Sequence record: SRR20825019_473
Length of the DNA stretch: 64,000 nucleotides
Strand: one strand, 5' to 3'
Below are positions 59,401 to 64,000 of the stretch, in pieces. Each line of letters starts with the position of its first letter. Positions within the stretch are counted from its first letter, which is position 1. The notes under the pieces are model-generated. The model saw only the letters and a list, made by a program, of their open reading frames with translations, made no database searches and was not told the origin of the DNA. The translations under genes and the position numbers were made by a program.

Positions 59401-61475
59401 TGGAAATTGAACTAATTCGAGGCGATTCATCCACATCTGCAACAGTTCTCGCGCAAAACATTAACCGACTCAGTGGAATCGACAATTTCGTTCAATTGTT
59501 AAAAGCATTGGGAAAAGATACGCTGAACAGAGGATATGTTTATGTTTGGGGGGATCACGAATACAATAAGAAACAGGTGCTGAGTACATTGTTGAAAAAT
59601 TGTTATCCGCCTGAAAATTGTTCGCAAGAAGAGTTTAATAAAGCAGTTAAAGCGGCCAATATTCCAGAGAAGCGATTATGCGATTGTTCCACTTATGCAC
59701 CTCAATGGCTTCCTTTTGTCGCCGAGTATTTAGGCTGGAAGGATATGGAATCCGCTGTTTGGTGGTTACATGCTCATACCAATGGCCATCATGATGCGCA
59801 AACAGAATCGGAAATTGCAAAATACTCTTCCGTTGATATCACCGCGTTTAAAGATGGTGCCGTGGATATCGATTGGTTCAAAGAAACCTACAAATCACTG
59901 GGTGCTGAAAAATGGAAAAAACTGTACGATGCAGCAAAATATATTTCCGATGGAGGTGGACACAGACGCGGTCTTCTGTATGCGGATGTCATTCTTGCCA
60001 AAACGAAGATCAAAGAAATTACTGAGCGAATTACGAGTAAACGAAACCAGGATTATTTGCGCGTTTATGGCGTTATCCCTTTGAGTAGAACAAATCCTAA
60101 AAAGGATGTGTTACAGCGCTATCAATTTTTACAGAATTTCAAAAAGGAAAGTAAACAACACGGAGCACAGCGTCAAGCAAGCGAAGCAATTGCAGTGAGA
60201 ATCGCGATGGATAACTTGGCGAGAACGGCTGGGTTTCCTGATCCAATACGCTTGCAATGGGCGATGGAAACAAAGGAAGCTCAGGATATAATTGCAGATT
60301 CTCAAAACGTCCAATTCGGTGATACGCAAATGCTTCTTGAGATTGATGAGCATGGAAAATCGTCATTAGTCGCCATTAAGGATGGGAAAAAATTAAAATC
60401 CATTCCCGCAAAACATAAGAACGAAAAGGAGCTCGTGAAATTGAAGGCGTTTAATAAAACACTTAGAGAGCAATACCGAAGAACTCGAAAAAGTTTGGAG
60501 AATGCGATGATTAATGGAGATGTCTTTTCTAAAGAGGAAATCGAGACATTGTCGGTACATCCGGTCGTTGCTCCTATGATAAAAAAACTAGTTTTGATTT
60601 CTAACGACAATCTCGGATTCTGGAAAGATGGAAAGTTGATCACCACAGAAGGAAAGGAATTAGAAGCTGGAGAGGAACTGAGAATTGCGCACTGCGTTGA
60701 TTTATTTGACGCGAAAAAATGGAGTTCGTTTCAGAAATATTGCTTCGAAAACAAACTCGTGCAGCCGTTTAAGCAAATCTTTAGAGAGCTGTATGTTCCT
60801 ACTGAAGATGAGCTAAAAGAGAAATCGATCTCCAGAAGGTACGCTGGGCATCAGGTTCAACCAAGAAAAACGGTGGCTCTTTTGAAGGGACAAAGTTGGA
60901 CGGTTGACTATGAGTCGGGACTCCAAAAAGTGCTGCACAAGCAAAATACAATCGCTCGAATGTTCGCCATGGCTGATTGGTTTTCTCCTGCCGATGTTGA
61001 ATCCCCAACGCTAGAGACCGTTGAGTTTTTTAACAGAAAGGATGGAAAACGCTTATCTTTTGAGGAAGTTGACAAACGAGTTTTCTCCGAAACAATGCGA
61101 GACATTGACTTAGTTGTGAGCGTTGCCCATGTTGGTGAAGTGGATCCAGAAGCAAGTCAGTCGTCCATTGAATTGCGGGCTGTGATCATCGAAGAAACGT
61201 GTCTGTTATTCAAGTTAAAGAATGTCGTATTGGATAAAAATCACGCGAAAATAAAAGGTGATTTAGGCGATTATTCCGTCCATCTTGGAAGTGGAGTGTG
61301 CCATAAAGTAGCGGGTAGTTCTTTGTCAATAATTCCCGTTCATTCGCAACATCGCGGTCGAATGTTTTTACCATTCATTGATGAAGACCCTAAAACAGCC
61401 GAGATAATTTCGAAGATTTTGCTTTTATCGAAGGATAAGGAAATCAAAGACCCGACGGTTTTGCGGCAGTTGTAG
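56466..61475 (+). CDS. Large DUF5724/DUF4132-type protein (YehI/MolR-like)
   Basis: YQTGYARRSFR, LLSAQRQEGLRQTILE, NLARTAG, QPFKQIFRELY, SRRYAGHQV, FSETMRDIDLVVSVAH, YSVHLGSG, FLPFIDED. Confidence 0.8.
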   Translation: MNNTAEFISSKRNDKYVEKLVVSLKKQNGNLASIIGGWLNKKNKLSEKNVEIGLLLLNESSSVSEEKNWYRSHVNQGSRRYNAMKERSDPKDFWNSKRFPLLVFIFGAENAPFVKKAWDMIPSLMYQTGYARRSFRGTGLDEIYFTRQINFIVDLIYENNYDFSLGEYAIHSNTISASSFSFVYAAAIDSNDMSFRQQCIDAILGNHETARPSRDVIKGMLLSNDPECWKAVEMLLLSAQRQEGLRQTILECLDETSLGAMKHLIKVIIEHKLARFSSVVRAIDTWAGFGWEAEKETTVRRFLELADVFLSDPSKIEKSVESLDNAEVYMALWAQGVLDVSKCEPLLEKVLSSGHEKITLALYFISQVGLSSYSIKYGKRFLDYDDPVVMCQAAEMVNVSVFLDMMSKSEKDEVFAKLEKRLEMFPKKTSLSKPKVFSWLTFSYGKERILDLMINLLDLEKESDIDKIVPYFDSLAVNHREKVTSKILPGYGYSYGREDKKRVAPLTARKRDFAFSIIKDRSETVRSTAITALSESTLSSSEVQVFEGLLTRKAADFRRSTLELIIKHGENQVRESARRLIDEKTEEQRLAGLDLLLWLKSNSAKNRSWVESTAKEFSGRSKISSKEEVVLSGLLQGEVNLVEYNSANGFGIFDPSKVPTQISLEVPRSEVYKQATSVNKNGLSMSEAKVKAALQNLTDLFLKNKEYEYTHEDWNNRQTTSLIGNTFSRLKSDNKGMTAEEKFCNYPLHELWRSWFIDSGLTNRDLLLINLYLNPGYDFKKNKGFESIYRKTLQLVYVAEVPKITDYEWQNPVYQILDVLGKRYIDEDAIDYLSGLNYELFKSIDGATLSSFRKDGNKWNERNVTWRDLNSIEILWEKYHSYVKMMSKEQFQSYWNLVHWKYLTTPKNVNLDNIHLPDVYDYARAFNDGLIDNDTLLWRILHKDAINLLTRTNVGDQYDVRKEFDFLNPMLDKCRDRILEIELIRGDSSTSATVLAQNINRLSGIDNFVQLLKALGKDTLNRGYVYVWGDHEYNKKQVLSTLLKNCYPPENCSQEEFNKAVKAANIPEKRLCDCSTYAPQWLPFVAEYLGWKDMESAVWWLHAHTNGHHDAQTESEIAKYSSVDITAFKDGAVDIDWFKETYKSLGAEKWKKLYDAAKYISDGGGHRRGLLYADVILAKTKIKEITERITSKRNQDYLRVYGVIPLSRTNPKKDVLQRYQFLQNFKKESKQHGAQRQASEAIAVRIAMDNLARTAGFPDPIRLQWAMETKEAQDIIADSQNVQFGDTQMLLEIDEHGKSSLVAIKDGKKLKSIPAKHKNEKELVKLKAFNKTLREQYRRTRKSLENAMINGDVFSKEEIETLSVHPVVAPMIKKLVLISNDNLGFWKDGKLITTEGKELEAGEELRIAHCVDLFDAKKWSSFQKYCFENKLVQPFKQIFRELYVPTEDELKEKSISRRYAGHQVQPRKTVALLKGQSWTVDYESGLQKVLHKQNTIARMFAMADWFSPADVESPTLETVEFFNRKDGKRLSFEEVDKRVFSETMRDIDLVVSVAHVGEVDPEASQSSIELRAVIIEETCLLFKLKNVVLDKNHAKIKGDLGDYSVHLGSGVCHKVAGSSLSIIPVHSQHRGRMFLPFIDEDPKTAEIISKILLLSKDKEIKDPTVLRQL

Positions 61476-61546
61476 TGATCGTAGGCTCCATGAATTGGCC
61501 TTCCAAATAGAGTATATTTGACATTAACCATCCCATTTAATCAGTA

Positions 61547-62134
61547 ATGAAGAAAAATAAAGTATTTAGAATAATAAGCTGTTTAGCAATTATCTTGTTT
61601 ACAGTAGGTTGTTCAGCGCAATTATCTTTTGAAGAGTTGATAGAAGGTGTTCCAAAAAGTCTTACTACGTGTGAGTATTCAAGTTCAAAAATGAATTACA
61701 TTGTCTCAATCCCAAAATCATTTGAATTACGGGATAAGGACTATGATGACGGGTCATCTTTTGAATTATACTTAGATACTTCAGGCGTATTTTATGAGGG
61801 AGTTAGTATGCTGTCCGTTTTCAAATACGATGTAGAAGACTCTGTTACTTCATTAGAAACTGCGTGGAAAAAATTAATGTCAAACAGGGTAATGATTGAA
61901 GATTTCAGAATTTATTCAGAAGGATTAACTAACTTCCTTTCCATGCCTGCATATTATGAGCACTCTGCTTATACTATTAGTAAGAAAGACACAGAATCTA
62001 TTACTTTTCTTTTTCGTGGTGATTCTTCAAGTTTTTTTGGTATCAGCCTTCAAGTAATTACAGAAGCTGGTTATCCAGAGAATATGCAAGAACTACTGCA
62101 CTGTGCGAAATCCCTTAAACTATTGCCTGAATGA
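61547..62134 (+). CDS. Hypothetical exported protein or lipoprotein
   Basis: ILFTVGC lipobox-like; TATATTTG at 61513. Confidence 0.65.
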   Translation: MKKNKVFRIISCLAIILFTVGCSAQLSFEELIEGVPKSLTTCEYSSSKMNYIVSIPKSFELRDKDYDDGSSFELYLDTSGVFYEGVSMLSVFKYDVEDSVTSLETAWKKLMSNRVMIEDFRIYSEGLTNFLSMPAYYEHSAYTISKKDTESITFLFRGDSSSFFGISLQVITEAGYPENMQELLHCAKSLKLLPE

Positions 62135-62209
62135 ATTTGTTAAGAAATCCAATAGGTGGGGCGGAAGTGGAAAATAATGAATCATTATCTTTTTGATGAT
62201 TGATAGAGA

Positions 62210-62593
62210 ATGAGACAATTCATTTTTAGTATACTGTTTATTGTTGTCCTGATTGTTAGCTGCGAAAGCTCCTCAAGAAATAAAACCGTTGAAATTGTAG
62301 CCGTTTCGGAATTCGGCTGTGATCGTTACATTAAAAAGGTTACTTGGGGAATTACAGGTGACCACAATCGCTATTACCTTAGCGAGTCAAGTTCAATTTC
62401 AGATACAATCACAGATCCATATTTAGTTGATGATTTCTTTTATGCCCTCGATAGTAATTGTAATTTGATTATCGCTGAGGGATATAAAGTATTTAGAAAT
62501 ACTGACTCACTTTCAATCATTCAACGCAACGATGGTAAGATAAACTATGAGAACTACTCCCAGTTTGGGTTCAAAAGCATAATTTGGGATTAG
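62210..62593 (+). CDS. Hypothetical lipoprotein
   Basis: LIVSC lipobox. Confidence 0.65.
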   Translation: MRQFIFSILFIVVLIVSCESSSRNKTVEIVAVSEFGCDRYIKKVTWGITGDHNRYYLSESSSISDTITDPYLVDDFFYALDSNCNLIIAEGYKVFRNTDSLSIIQRNDGKINYENYSQFGFKSIIWD

Positions 62594-62735
62594 TAAATTA
62601 AAGGGTAGTAGATATTCTTCGTAGTTATAAGAATCGAAATGTATTCGGCAGAGTATCTATCTGGGCATTTATTTGACCATTGAGTTTAGTTTTACTTAAA
62701 ACAGTTACGGATTAAAAACAATTTAATTATCGCAA

Positions 62736-63254
62736 ATGAAATTAGTTCTTATCATATTTTGCGCCTTGCTGTTCGGATGCAAGACCAATAACAAAAATGA
62801 TGTCATCAATAATGAAAATATTATTGGAGTGAGTGATTCTCTAAATGTCGGATCTAAATCTGATCTATTTATTGGTCAATTAAACCAAATTGTTGATGAC
62901 TACATAATTCATTTAAAGTCTCAAGAGAATGAAAAGATTCACGAACAATTGGTCAGTTTATATTTTTATGTAGAGCAAAGTGATACCGTACTAATTGTTT
63001 CTACTGGGAGATATGTGGGGCGATTTGAGCTAGACTCTAAACTTGATTGGAGGTTTTATGGAGTACTTGATGGTCGAAAAATAGTGGTTGGGGACTTGTC
63101 TGAATTGATCGGTAAAAGACTCTACGATTTTGACAAGTTAAAGGAATACTATCCCGAAAACTTAGATACACTGAAATTTGATTATTCCGATTATTACTTC
63201 GAAAACTCGATATGGGAATACAGATTGTTTAATAATGCTTTTGTTAAGGTATGA
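62736..63254 (+). CDS. Hypothetical lipoprotein
   Basis: LLFGC lipobox. Confidence 0.65.
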   Translation: MKLVLIIFCALLFGCKTNNKNDVINNENIIGVSDSLNVGSKSDLFIGQLNQIVDDYIIHLKSQENEKIHEQLVSLYFYVEQSDTVLIVSTGRYVGRFELDSKLDWRFYGVLDGRKIVVGDLSELIGKRLYDFDKLKEYYPENLDTLKFDYSDYYFENSIWEYRLFNNAFVKV

Positions 63255-63497
63255 GTTTTGTGAAAGCATTTACTCTAAATTGGATTCAAAAGGGTAGTCT
63301 CAGCACGAACTAGTTAGTACCAAATCCCGTCTTAACGTCTTTTTTGTCTCTTCTGACCTTTCATCAGAAAACGAGTACGCGTGAAATAAGACTACGTTTT
63401 TTGATGAAGAATTCTATCCTGTGGATGCTGAGGGTAGAGAAGCATACAATATTCGTTTCGAGTATGGTATGTTGGTTTCTAGTTACTAAATTTAAGT

Positions 63498-64000
63498 ATG
63501 GAGAAGTCAAGATTTGAAAAGAATGAAGAACAGGTTATTTATGGTCTAGAACAATTTCAAGAAATGGTTATGGGATTCTTACCAGGAGGTCATGTAATTG
63601 AAGGGTTTCTGAATTATCGAAATGGACTGAAACAGAAAAGAATACTTGATTTCGCCGAAAGTCTAAAATCAATTTTTGAGCGTGAACTGGGAAGGGAATT
63701 AGATACTTATAATTTTGAAACCGAAGATTTTGTTGATGTATTTGATTCTGTCATGAGTAAAATTCAGAACACTCGATCGAACAAGAAACTGAACGGTTTT
63801 CAGGCTATTCTGGTAAACAATATTCGAGGTAAATCAGATTTGGTTCAAACTTTCATTGATCTGATTTCAAGGCTTAACGATATGGAAGTAGACATTCTGA
63901 ATAAGTACAACAGAACGGAGGATTCAAGAAAAGAAATAGTTGAAGAAATATATCAACTTCACAACCTACTAAAGGAAAAGAAAGTTCACACTCTAAACTT
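63498..64000 (+). CDS. Hypothetical cytoplasmic protein, truncated by the window end (not in the ORF track)
   Basis: ATG at 63498, frame open to the window end: MEKSRFEKNEEQVIYGLEQFQEMVMGFLPGG...KQKRILDFAESL...EDFVDVFDSV...FIDLISRLNDMEVDIL. Confidence 0.7.
   Translation, partial: MEKSRFEKNEEQVIYGLEQFQEMVMGFLPGGHVIEGFLNYRNGLKQKRILDFAESLKSIFERELGRELDTYNFETEDFVDVFDSVMSKIQNTRSNKKLNGFQAILVNNIRGKSDLVQTFIDLISRLNDMEVDILNKYNRTEDSRKEIVEEIYQLHNLLKEKKVHTLN

Noticed and set aside
126-61531. Dozens of 60-190 aa ORFs antisense to or nested in long genes
   Set aside because: Shadow ORFs of well-supported genes, with no recognisable motifs or independent expression signals
63298-63489. Protein-like frame with an internal TGA (ENEYA*NKTTFFDEEFYPVDAEGREAYNIRFEYG)
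   Set aside because: No start codon and no recognisable family; pseudogene status cannot be supported without a homology search
1-64000. rRNA, tRNA, CRISPR arrays, IS elements, integrases
   Set aside because: None recognised by eye

Overview
AT-rich bacterial chromosome segment from a Bacteroidota, most consistent with Flavobacteriales. The basis for this is several T9SS-cargo proteins, TTTG-N19/20-TAnnTTTG promoters and a split metH. It is mostly housekeeping and envelope genes: topB, a SAM-I riboswitch with split metH, a TetR-TolC-MFP-RND efflux operon, rnhA, Xaa-Pro aminopeptidase, thiL, pbpC, alpha-2-macroglobulin and two beta-propeller LytS/LytTR two-component systems. The best candidate for an undescribed system is at 49.3-54.5 kb. 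There, a PLP alpha-oxoamine synthase (CqsA/LqsA/SPT/BioF superfamily) fused to a GNAT acyltransferase is transcribed divergently from a small STAS/SEC14-like protein, a soluble HAMP-PAS histidine kinase with no extracellular sensor, and a NarL regulator. This looks like a signal synthase/receptor/relay (quorum-sensing-like) module. A 14-nt operator-like sequence in its divergent promoter recurs exactly upstream of an orphan, terminator-bounded structured sRNA candidate at about 37.3 kb. A second promoter-to-terminator sRNA candidate with a (GGUUA)3 tract lies at about 18.1 kb. Other oddities are a ubiquitin-like protein paired with a 1669-aa DUF4132-type protein and a catalytically degenerate GATase. 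No rRNA, tRNA, CRISPR array or transposase was seen. All family assignments come from motif recognition by eye, not database searches.
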